A DNA stretch of 15,144 nucleotides from Promethearchaeota archaeon. GTDB taxonomy: Archaea > Asgardarchaeota > Lokiarchaeia > Sigyniarchaeales > SOKP01. How positions within the stretch are numbered: the first letter of the stretch is position 1; each line of letters opens with the position of its first letter. The position numbers were made by a program, and so were the translations under genes. Below are positions 1 to 7,811 of this stretch, one piece after another. The DNA is taken from assembly GCA_048938855.1 (NCBI GenBank), contig JBHLLT010000041.1, positions 1 through 15,144 of the forward strand, written 5' to 3'. A model generated the notes under the pieces. That model was not told the origin of the DNA, did not search any database, and worked only from the letters and a program-made list of their open reading frames with translations.

Positions 1-80
1 CATACATATAAGAAGTTAGGATTTTCAATATGCTATACTCATTATTCTTATGAGAGATTGTAAACTTTATCTAAAATTTA

Positions 81-127
81 CACTAAAATTTCATTGAACT
101 CAGACACTGAATTTACCTTTCAGGAAA
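81..127. repeat. Dispersed intergenic element, A half (copy 1)
   Basis: cactaaaatttcattgaactcagacactgaatttacctttc aligns without gaps to 1084-1124 (about 36/41 nt) and to 4007-4050. Confidence 0.8.
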
Positions 128-139
128 TCATAAACAAAT

Positions 140-160
140 GTTATCACATTTAGTGATAAC
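140..160. promoter_or_regulatory. Perfect 8-5-8 inverted repeat, candidate transcription-factor operator
   Basis: GTTATCAC-attta-GTGATAAC, ~175 nt upstream of the isochorismatase start. The palindrome is seen directly; the function is inferred. Confidence 0.45.
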
Positions 161-333
161 CTCATTTTGTCGGGATTTTGTTGGGATTATTAATCTTCCC
201 ATTTTGTAAATGTGTGTTGTAGTTTTTCGGAAAATTCAATTAAGGTTTAAATAAATTAAAGAATATAAAGCTACAAATTAAAAAACTGAATATAAAAAAA
301 TAATTAAAAATTAGTTTATATGAGGAAGAAAAT

Positions 334-1002
334 ATGAAAGTGGGAAGCTTCTCTGAACAAGACGTATATAACCTAGCAAAAAAAGCGTATAATGAAGGCA
401 ATGCTCAATTTGAAATTATCCCTAACAAATGTGTTTTATTGGTTATTGATATGCAAGATGAATTTGTAAAACCTCATTGGTCACCTGACTGGGTACCAGA
501 AGCAACTAAGCAAGTTACTAGGATCAAGAGATTAATCGAACATTGCAGAAAAAAAAACATTCCCGTAATCTTCACAGTCTATGCAAAAACGCATAACTAT
601 TTAGATCGTCCTAAAACCGGAAAATTTATGCCTGGACGATATTCAGATTTAGACATTGATTTTTCACAATTTTATGTGGAAGGACGTGTATGGCATGAAC
701 TTACCCCCAGAGAGGATGAAATAGTAATTAAAAAATCATCCTACGGTGCATTTTATGACACACCTTTAGAAACAATTTTGAAGAATATGAGTAAAGACAC
801 TGTAATAATAAGTGGAACACTGACAAATTTCTGTTGTGGTGCAACAGCACGACAGGCGTATGAAAGGAGCTTTAAGGTAGTCTTCGGAAGTGATGTTACA
901 GCCACCGATGATCCTGAAATGCAAGAACCCGAGTTGAAAGTATTAAGGAAGGGTTTTGCAAAAGTTTTAACTTCAAACGAAATTCTTAAAGCTTTAAAGT
1001 AA
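334..1002 (+). CDS. Isochorismatase-family cysteine hydrolase
   Basis: LLVIDMQDEF (catalytic Asp), KKSSYGAF (Lys), ISGTLTNFCC (Cys nucleophile), TARQAYER..V..SDVTA; GAGGA upstream of the ATG. Confidence 0.92.
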   Translation: MKVGSFSEQDVYNLAKKAYNEGNAQFEIIPNKCVLLVIDMQDEFVKPHWSPDWVPEATKQVTRIKRLIEHCRKKNIPVIFTVYAKTHNYLDRPKTGKFMPGRYSDLDIDFSQFYVEGRVWHELTPREDEIVIKKSSYGAFYDTPLETILKNMSKDTVIISGTLTNFCCGATARQAYERSFKVVFGSDVTATDDPEMQEPELKVLRKGFAKVLTSNEILKALK

Positions 1003-1083
1003 AGTGCATAATTTGTAAGGCAATTTGATTCACAATTTTAATTTTAAGCTTATTTTTGATTTTAAAAACTTTTTTTAACTTTT

Positions 1084-1230
1084 CACTAAATTTTCAATGA
1101 AATCAGACGCTGAATTTACCTATCCATAAAAAAAGAAAATGAAGAAGAAAAAACCTTCGTCAAGACCATCCTCCATCTCACATCATCTCTCAAATCACTC
1201 CAAAAACAATTCACTTACTCTTACCCTCAC
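1084..1230. repeat. Dispersed intergenic element, most complete copy (A half + A-rich spacer + B half)
   Basis: 1084-1131 matches 81-127 and 4007-4050. 1160-1174 and 1188-1218 match 12293-12307 and 12322-12352 (27/31 nt for the latter block). Confidence 0.75.
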
Positions 1231-1322
1231 TCAATCTACTACTAATAAAGAAGTTCTCTCACTTAATAGTAAAGAAAAAGATCAGAAAAAAGGTTTTTAT
1301 GTAAATACTATTTCTTAAAACT

Positions 1323-1808
1323 ATGAAAACTCTAATTGCATATTTTACAATGGGAGGAAGAACGAAGAAAACAGCAGAGGCTATCGCAAGTGTGCTAACC
1401 AATTACGAAGTGAGCTACTTTCCAATAGAATTATCAGGAAAATTTGTCGAAAAGATAAAAATGCTGAATGCATTCGAGAATAAAGACTTTTCAATAATAG
1501 AAGCTGAATTAAATCTTCTTGATGCTTTACCTTATGATTTAATTATTTTTGGTATGCCTACATATGGAAATTTTCCACCAAAAGCCTTTGATGAAATAGT
1601 GGCTAGAATGAAAAATCTTAGCGGTAAAAATGCGATTGTATTCAATACAGCTCGTTTTACTGGTGGAAAAGCGCTTGATTATATGAAAGCAAAGGTTGAG
1701 GAAGCAGGTGCCCAAGTAATCAACGAATCCAAATTCAGAAAGTTGTTTTGGATTGGCACAAAAAATGCTATTAAATTTGGTATCCAAATCAATGAAAAGC
1801 AGGAGTAA
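1323..1808 (+). CDS. Flavodoxin-family protein
   Basis: N-terminal FMN phosphate loop IAYFTMGGRTKKTAEAIA, YDLIIFGMPTYG, LSGKNAIVFNT. Confidence 0.88.
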   Translation: MKTLIAYFTMGGRTKKTAEAIASVLTNYEVSYFPIELSGKFVEKIKMLNAFENKDFSIIEAELNLLDALPYDLIIFGMPTYGNFPPKAFDEIVARMKNLSGKNAIVFNTARFTGGKALDYMKAKVEEAGAQVINESKFRKLFWIGTKNAIKFGIQINEKQE

Positions 1809-1811
1809 GTT

Positions 1812-1836
1812 TCAGATTCTTAATTTACCTTTCCAT
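1812..1836. repeat. Dispersed intergenic element, truncated A half
   Basis: tcagattcttaatttacctttccat versus tcagacgctgaatttacctatccat (1103-1127); begins 3 nt after the flavodoxin stop. Confidence 0.5.
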
Positions 1837-1861
1837 TCCAATTCAATAAAAATTAGTTCTT

Positions 1862-3229
1862 TTAACTATTCTCATTTGTTATGAAATAATTTTGCAGTTT
1901 TTTAATACGGAGATTTATTTTCTGAATTTGTTTATCTCGCTTATCATCCTCATTTTGGCTAGATAAGTTTTCTTTTATTTGAAATAAGTATTTCAATGCA
2001 ACTACATAATCTTTCTTCTTTTCAGATTTGGATGCCTGCTCTAAAGCAAATTTCAATTCAACTTCTTTATTTAATTTTATAATATCTAAAACTTTAAACG
2101 AGATTTTGCCAATCATCGTTTCCATATTGAACTCTTTTGCATATGTGAGTGCTTTTTGATATTCATTTAACGCTTCTTGATAAGCAGCATCTTTTTCAGC
2201 AATTTCTCCTTTTTTTAATAAAGATTTGACTTTTTTCATTGCATCATCTTTATTCATATCCTGGCATTCAAAAATAATCTCATCCAAATCTTTTATCTCC
2301 ATAATTTTTTGAATAACATATTCTCTTTTTTGCATATCTTCTTCTTTTGATTCTAACTCTTTCCTTTGAAATTCAAGATCTGCCCAAATAATAATATCTT
2401 CTCTTATCATTTGGTAAATATTCCAGAGAATTTCTTCTTTCGATATCACACCTAATAATTTTGATGTTGTTTTAATAAGACTTAAGATGAAAAAATATTC
2501 CTCATCTTTTAATAGATCTTTACAAGTTTCATACACGGCTTTTTGAATAGGTGTAAGATTTTCAAATATATCAAGTGGAATTTGAGTAGAGAGTGTGAGC
2601 GGATATATCATCGTAACTTCAAATATTTTTTCCACTAAGCTTTTTACTTGATTTAATATATTTAAATCCCCGGTTTTCTCAAATTCTTGCAATTCATCTT
2701 CATAATCTCTCTCAAGAATGTCCGTGAATTTCGAAAGTAAATCCCTCATACTACCAGAAGCTCTCCTGTCAAGAATTAAACATGGTGTACATAAAGTTCC
2801 AACTCTCAATAAAAGATGAAAATTTTTATACTCAAACTCAAAAAAATTCTTTTCTGGATTAATTTTATCTATTAAGGTTAATTCCTCCCCCGAGAATACT
2901 ACATTTGCTTGAATAAATCCTGCTATCAACGAAGGATCAATAGGTAGATCACCTACAGCCATATTGAATGCCGGTACTCCACCTTTTGATAAAATAATTA
3001 CGTGTCTTATAGTTAAAATATCTTGGTATTTTCTCCAAATATGTTTATATAGCATTTCTCTTCTTTTTTGTTCAGAGTGTTGCTCTACCACATCAAAAAT
3101 ATCCATTAATATATTTGCTTTGTTAAATCTTTTCGACAAGCAATTAAAACAATTGTCAGGATATCCATTTTGACAGACAGATTTGTCTACTCCACAATCA
3201 ATTCCTAAAACTAATTTAAAATAAGTCAC
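1862..3229 (-). CDS. Asgard longin-like domain protein with N-terminal Cys4 cluster and C-terminal TPR-like helices
   Basis: IRHVIILSKGGVP..DPSLIAGFIQA..F..E..FEFEYKNFHLLL..CLILD..LLSKFTDILERDYEDEL pattern typical of Lokiarchaeal longin-like domains. N-terminal C-x6-C-x7-C-x2-C. GEIAEKDAAYQEALNEYQKAL resembles a TPR. GTG start. Confidence 0.65.
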   Translation of the reverse strand: MTYFKLVLGIDCGVDKSVCQNGYPDNCFNCLSKRFNKANILMDIFDVVEQHSEQKRREMLYKHIWRKYQDILTIRHVIILSKGGVPAFNMAVGDLPIDPSLIAGFIQANVVFSGEELTLIDKINPEKNFFEFEYKNFHLLLRVGTLCTPCLILDRRASGSMRDLLSKFTDILERDYEDELQEFEKTGDLNILNQVKSLVEKIFEVTMIYPLTLSTQIPLDIFENLTPIQKAVYETCKDLLKDEEYFFILSLIKTTSKLLGVISKEEILWNIYQMIREDIIIWADLEFQRKELESKEEDMQKREYVIQKIMEIKDLDEIIFECQDMNKDDAMKKVKSLLKKGEIAEKDAAYQEALNEYQKALTYAKEFNMETMIGKISFKVLDIIKLNKEVELKFALEQASKSEKKKDYVVALKYLFQIKENLSSQNEDDKRDKQIQKINLRIKKLQNYFITNENS

Positions 3230-3479
3230 ACAACTACACCCAATATTCTTATACTAAGAATAAAAAAATGATTCTAATATTTATTTTTAAATATTGAATA
3301 TACAAAAAACAAAATAGAATTTACAAGGATTAGGACATTTTACAGCTTTTTTTTCGATATTTCCAGTAATTGTGTATCTAAACTCTAAAACAAAAAAATT
3401 TAATTATTTGAGCAGGTTCTATTTTATATAATATCGAGGACGCGGATTAGCGGAAGATATCAAGGAGAGTAATAAAAGA

Positions 3480-3986
3480 ATGAGGATTTTAGTATTTCTC
3501 CATGGAACTTGTATCATGCACAGGAATACTTTAGGGCTATCAAGGATGCAAATAGTACGGCAGGTTATTGAGAATACTGATGAATCTATCTCTGATTTTG
3601 CTTCGTATATTCCAATTGGTAGAGCTATTAAGAAATTAACATCATGGCAAAATCAGGGGGCTGAGATATCATATCTTAGTTCTCATTTAACTATTGAAAA
3701 CGTGAAAAAAGACGAAATTGTATTAAAAAAATATAATTTCCCTGAGGGTACTATATTTTATCGCCAAAAGGAGGAAGATTGGAATTTACAAATTGAAAAA
3801 GCAAAACCTGATTTAATAATTGAAGATAACTGTGAGAGTATTGGAGGAGAATCTCAGATGACATTCCCTAATCTTAGGCCAGAATTGCAATCTAAAATAA
3901 CTTTAATTGTTATAAAAGAATTTGCTGGAATTGACCATCTTCCTGATGATGTAAAGGAGCTCAAGGATTTTGCTGCTAATTTATGA
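3480..3986 (+). CDS. HAD-fold-like protein with non-canonical motif I
   Basis: ILVFLHGT where DxDGT is expected, GAEISYLSS (motif II-like), PDLIIEDN (motif IV-like). GGAGA upstream; TTTTATATA at 3422-3430. Confidence 0.6.
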   Translation: MRILVFLHGTCIMHRNTLGLSRMQIVRQVIENTDESISDFASYIPIGRAIKKLTSWQNQGAEISYLSSHLTIENVKKDEIVLKKYNFPEGTIFYRQKEEDWNLQIEKAKPDLIIEDNCESIGGESQMTFPNLRPELQSKITLIVIKEFAGIDHLPDDVKELKDFAANL

Positions 3987-4006
3987 TATTATCCATAAGA
4001 TTCTTC

Positions 4007-4077
4007 AAATGAATTTTCATTGAAATTAGATGTTGAATTTACCTTTCCATGAAAAATAAGAAAAAGAAGGGAAAAGA
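4007..4077. repeat. Dispersed intergenic element, A half plus A-rich spacer
   Basis: aattttcattgaaattagatgttgaatttacctttccatgaaaaataagaaaaagaag matches 1089-1146; the spacer aaaaataagaaaaa is also at 12971-12984. Confidence 0.78.
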
Positions 4078-4106
4078 GAAAACTAATAGGTAAATAATTT
4101 CTTTTT

Positions 4107-4241
4107 TTATTTCTTTTTTGACCCTTTCGTAGCTGCTTTCATAGCTCGAGATTTAAAGCCGGCGTCTCCCTTAGATCCTTTCTTGTCTTGGCTAGACTGT
4201 ATTCTTCTCGCTGCTTTTTGAGTCATGCCTTTTTTAGCCAC
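4107..4241 (-). CDS. Small basic 44-aa protein (MTxxAAxRIQS...FxxRAxxAA family, SMP-domain-like); absent from the ORF track
   Basis: GTG start; MAKKGMTQKAARRIQSSQDKKGSKGDAGFKSRAMKAATKGSKKK*. Perfect Shine-Dalgarno AAGGAGGTGA 4 nt upstream; 26 nt downstream of the nucleotidyltransferase stop. Confidence 0.85.
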   Translation of the reverse strand: MAKKGMTQKAARRIQSSQDKKGSKGDAGFKSRAMKAATKGSKKK

Positions 4242-4245
4242 TATT

Positions 4246-4255
4246 TCACCTCCTT
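4246..4255 (-). promoter_or_regulatory. Ribosome-binding site AAGGAGGTGA
   Basis: Reverse complement of tcacctcctt, directly upstream of the GTG at 4241. Confidence 0.85.
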
Positions 4256-4267
4256 TTTAATATTATC

Positions 4268-5209
4268 TCAAAATATATCAAAAATTTCCTTCCAATCTTC
4301 TTTTTGAGCATAAAATATAGCTTCTCTAAGGTTTTCGAGATACTTTTCGATTTCATTGTCAGAATAATCTTCCAATATTGAATACTGGCTATAAACTCTG
4401 TCAGGTAATATCTTCTTTTTGTCCAAGATGTAAATAGCTTGATTAAAAAATGTTTTCACAGCTTTATCCCAAGCATAAACTTGGATTTTATCGAATATAC
4501 TTTCAACCAAGCGTTCAATTATATACCCTTTTATTGGTTTTCCCCATGTAAAATTCCAGTATTTAATAAGGAGTATAAGTTTAGTTATTTTTCCATTTTG
4601 CTTCTTATTTAATTTAGAGAGTGTTTGTTCTTCTAATTTTGGATTTACCTTTTTAATTCCTCCTACACCATTAGGCTTAACAAGGTACCCGTTGGGTAAT
4701 TCAATAGCGGGAATACAGTCAAATAGTATTGAATTCCCTGGATAATCCATTCTAATTGGGATAGCATGTCCGTATGGGGGATCTTTTAATAATTTCATAT
4801 CTGTTCCATGATAATAATTGAAAGACTTAAGATTTGAATATATTAATTCAAAAAGTAAATCGCCTGTTATCATATCTTGCTCATTAGAATAATTTCTCCA
4901 AATATTCACAGTTTGAACAGTAGTATTTTGAGGACTATCTCTGCAGTAGATAAAGTACAAATCAATATCAAATCGATTCTTAATGAAAATACCTCTATCG
5001 AAAGAGCCTCCATACCAGAATCGTTCCAAAGTGTATATATCTGATGATATAAAGATATTTGACCAAGAAGGCATTTGATATTGAGATATATTCTTTAATG
5101 CATCATAGAATTCATTAGTTTTTCTTCGAAGGAAGGTCTTTTGATTCTCTTTAATAGTTAAAGAATTAATTAATCGTTCCAACCTATTATGAATTTTTTT
5201 TCCTGCCAA
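4268..5209 (-). CDS. SMODS / cGAS-DncV-like (Pol-beta superfamily) nucleotidyltransferase
   Basis: GGSFDRG..DIDL (hG[GS]-xn-DxD), third Asp in FDCIPA, C-lobe VNPK..LILLIKYWN..IKGYIIERL typical of CD-NTase/OAS-like enzymes. TTG start; TTAAATATA about 25-30 nt upstream. Confidence 0.8.
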   Translation of the reverse strand: MAGKKIHNRLERLINSLTIKENQKTFLRRKTNEFYDALKNISQYQMPSWSNIFISSDIYTLERFWYGGSFDRGIFIKNRFDIDLYFIYCRDSPQNTTVQTVNIWRNYSNEQDMITGDLLFELIYSNLKSFNYYHGTDMKLLKDPPYGHAIPIRMDYPGNSILFDCIPAIELPNGYLVKPNGVGGIKKVNPKLEEQTLSKLNKKQNGKITKLILLIKYWNFTWGKPIKGYIIERLVESIFDKIQVYAWDKAVKTFFNQAIYILDKKKILPDRVYSQYSILEDYSDNEIEKYLENLREAIFYAQKEDWKEIFDIF

Positions 5210-5258
5210 ATCAGATATTGAAGAAAATTTCTATATTTAAATGTTTCTTGGAAAACTA

Positions 5259-5351
5259 TTAGAAAATAATGAATGCAAAAAATTCGAGCTCATCAAATTC
5301 TTCCGTCGCTCCATTGTACTCAAAAATACGGATATTTTCATTGTCATTCAT
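5259..5351 (-). pseudogene. 5' fragment of a gelsolin-like gene
   Basis: MNDNENIRIFEYNGATEEFDELE-FFAFIIF*. The first 23 aa are identical to residues 128-150 of the 9926..10951 protein, after which homology stops. Confidence 0.8.
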
Positions 5352-5363
5352 TGATTTTGCCTT
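5281..5363. repeat. 83-bp direct repeat, copy 1
   Basis: 81/83 nt identical to 10500-10582. Confidence 0.97.
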
Positions 5364-5376
5364 CTTAATAGGGTAA

Positions 5377-5901
5377 TTATTCCCATTTTCTTTTCAAATC
5401 TTCTATTGTCATCGTTCTTACTTTATCTAGAGCCCATATAACAAATTTATAACAAGTTTTTTCCCATGTTCCACTTTCTCGATAATTCATATATCCATTA
5501 GGATCACTAAAGTCAAAACCACAGAGTTCTGAACATACTACTGACCCAAATTCCTTTTCAAATTCAGATGCAAATTCCCTTGCTTTTAAATATGCTGTAA
5601 ACATCGTCTCTTCATCCATTTTCTCTTGACCTCCCAAAATTGCTCCAATAGCTGCACAACCACCTACAACTGCACCACAAGCTCCCATCCACCCTTTCTT
5701 AGATTTATATCCTCCAAAACCTCCTGCTAAAGGTTTTGCTATGTTATGAAATATGTAATTATCTATCTCAAGCACATCTAATACATTTGTTAAGGTTAAT
5801 TCAGCACAATTAACATCTTTTTTTAGATATGGTAATTCTTTCTCTAATTCTTGAATCTTGTTATTAAACTTAGAATTTATATTAATCCCCATCTGATTCA
5901 C
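5377..5901 (-). CDS. C_GCAxxG_C_C family putative redox-active protein
   Basis: NCAE..GGFGG..GACGAVVGG..FGSVVCSEL..TCYKFV; all four family cysteines present. Confidence 0.88.
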   Translation of the reverse strand: MNQMGININSKFNNKIQELEKELPYLKKDVNCAELTLTNVLDVLEIDNYIFHNIAKPLAGGFGGYKSKKGWMGACGAVVGGCAAIGAILGGQEKMDEETMFTAYLKAREFASEFEKEFGSVVCSELCGFDFSDPNGYMNYRESGTWEKTCYKFVIWALDKVRTMTIEDLKRKWE

Positions 5902-5914
5902 TTTTTTGACTTTT

Positions 5915-6430
5915 TTACTTTTTTGGACTAAATTGATTATCTAAAATAATTTGAACTGCCATTTTTGCAACATTTCCCACAACTTCTGAAGAATAATTCA
6001 TCATTCCTGAGCTAGAAGCTTCTTCAAATTCTTTTTCATTCCAAAGATTATAAGTTCTGCCCATTAATTTCTGTTGAACATCAAAACATCGGCATGAACC
6101 ATATATGCTGACATACTTATCATGAAGCTCTTTAACAAGTTTATAAGACTTCAATGGTTTATACATATCCTTAAAATCCTTATGTTCCCTGCCAAAAAGA
6201 TAACTTATAACCATAGATGCCCCTACTAAAGCCCCACATGATCCGTCTCCGGTTAAACCTAAACCATCGGCTAAACCACTTGCTGCCTTAAATACAGCTT
6301 CATTCCAAATTCCTAACGCTTCAAATATTGCCGCAATAGCACTCTGAGAACACCCAGTACATTGCTTCTCATATTTTTTCCCCAGCTCATATGCCTTATC
6401 TAATATTTCTTTTTCTGACATTTTAGTCAA
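5915..6430 (-). CDS. C_GCAxxG_C_C family putative redox-active protein
   Basis: GCSQS..ASGLADGLG..GSCGALVGA..YGSCRC; 13 nt from the downstream paralog. Confidence 0.88.
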   Translation of the reverse strand: MTKMSEKEILDKAYELGKKYEKQCTGCSQSAIAAIFEALGIWNEAVFKAASGLADGLGLTGDGSCGALVGASMVISYLFGREHKDFKDMYKPLKSYKLVKELHDKYVSIYGSCRCFDVQQKLMGRTYNLWNEKEFEEASSSGMMNYSSEVVGNVAKMAVQIILDNQFSPKK

Positions 6431-6599
6431 CTTACATTATGTTTTATCCAAATTAAGATAAGAATGAAATGTAAATAAGGTTTTGATAATTTTTAAAATT
6501 AAAAATAACTCATCCTTCGGTGGTAATCTACCTCTGACTGGAATAATGCCAGAAGTTAGGTTCGTTTATTGGACTATTAGACAACAAATTGAGAAAAAT

Positions 6600-6748
6600 A
6601 AATCTGTGCAAAGATTTTAGAGCACGATCTTTCTTAATTAACCTACTCTTAGATATTTCCTCATTTGGCCTCTAATCCAGAATAGTTTCCATCAAAATAT
6701 AGCATCTCGGTAGAAAGATAAGTATTTTATAAAATCTGTCCAGATTTT
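6600..6748. promoter_or_regulatory. Two related palindromes in a divergent intergenic region
   Basis: AAATCTgTGCAaAGATTT (6600-6617) and AAAATCTG-tc-CAGATTTT (6731-6748). Confidence 0.35.
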
Positions 6749-6937
6749 TAAGTTCTCTCCATTTTTCACCACTACTCCTAACTGTGATATGTCAAATTCT
6801 TACCTTACTTTAATTCTAAGAAGATAGAAAATTATGACAAATAAGTAATTTTTATATATCTTATGTGTCTTGTAGATATTGGTAGAATCAAATTTCTAAA
6901 AAACAAGATTTCTTAACTAGAGATTTTCAAAATTTGA

Positions 6938-7732
6938 ATGAGATTAAAGAATAGAAATTATAGAGATTCAAGATGTCTTTGTGTTAAAGAACAGGTTATA
7001 GTGCTAATAATACTTCTTATAATTATAGCAGTATTGGCAAAAATTGAGATAATTATTATATTAGGAATATCATTATTAACAGTAGAGCTAGTAGTGGTTT
7101 ATTATGGAGTTAAAAATAAAACAAAAGAGAATAAATGGGAAAGAGTACCAGAAATCACAGAAGAACCACTTTCTTTAACAGAAACCATAGAAAAACCACC
7201 TTCTTTAACAGAAACCATAGAAAACCAAAAACCAAATTGGCTTTTTAAAATACTCTTATTAGGTGATCCTTCTTCAGGAAAGGAGGATTTAAATGGAAAC
7301 CATTTTGATTTCGATACTAAATTAACTATAGGTGTTGATTTCTTTACAAAGGATATTGTTCTTAATAAAAAAATAATAAGACTCAATCTTTGGGATATGG
7401 ATATTGAGGAGGATAAAAGATTCAGATGTCTAATACCAAGCTACTTTGAAGGGGCCAGTGGGGCAATTATTTTGTATGATATTACAAACTCAAATAGCTT
7501 AAAGCATGTTCCAGAGTGGATTCAAATAATTAGAGAACACGTGGGTGATATTCCAATCTTTTTTATTGGAAATAATATTGATCTTGCCGAATCTCGTAAT
7601 GTCTCAAGAGAGGAAGGAATTAACCTTGTAACAAAATATAATTTAAATGCATTTAGCGAGATATCAACTAAGACTGGTGAGAATGTAGAAGAGATATTTA
7701 ACACTCTTAGTGATATTATAATAAAAAGATAG
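6938..7732 (+). CDS. Membrane-anchored Rab-like small GTPase with degenerate G motifs
   Basis: Hydrophobic N-terminal stretch (VIVLIILLIIIAVLA..IIIILGISLLTVELVVVYYGV). FKILLLGDPSSGKE, TIGVDF, LNLWD, YFEGASGAIILYDIT, GNNIDL, EISTKTGENV. Confidence 0.85.
   Translation: MRLKNRNYRDSRCLCVKEQVIVLIILLIIIAVLAKIEIIIILGISLLTVELVVVYYGVKNKTKENKWERVPEITEEPLSLTETIEKPPSLTETIENQKPNWLFKILLLGDPSSGKEDLNGNHFDFDTKLTIGVDFFTKDIVLNKKIIRLNLWDMDIEEDKRFRCLIPSYFEGASGAIILYDITNSNSLKHVPEWIQIIREHVGDIPIFFIGNNIDLAESRNVSREEGINLVTKYNLNAFSEISTKTGENVEEIFNTLSDIIIKR
7164..7223 (+). repeat. In-frame 30-bp tandem duplication (PLSLTETIEK / PPSLTETIEN)
   Basis: aaccac(t/c)ttctttaacagaaaccatagaaa x2, 29/30 identical. Confidence 0.95.
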
Positions 7733-7811
7733 GAGTGACATTAACTCGGAAGCCCGAAAGCTCTCTACGTACACCCCCACCTTATTAAGCCCGTCTTATA
7801 CGAATGTTTCT

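Noticed and set aside
1539-3173. ORFs 1539..1787 (-) and 2964..3173 (+)
   Set aside because: Antisense shadows of well-supported genes; no motifs.
81-4077. A-half repeats as a CRISPR array or canonical attC sites
   Set aside because: Spacing is 0.7-2.2 kb and gene-sized, the copies are degenerate, there are no cas or integrase genes and no RYYYAAC/GTTRRRY ends.
4268-6430. Complete CBASS operon including the C_GCAxxG_C_C genes
   Set aside because: No recognised Cap effector or Cap2/Cap3; the redox genes are separated from the enzyme by a gelsolin fragment and its own TATA-like box.
7733-7811. SECIS element
   Set aside because: No convincing UGA/GA quartet with a long helix, and no in-frame TGA selenoprotein nearby.
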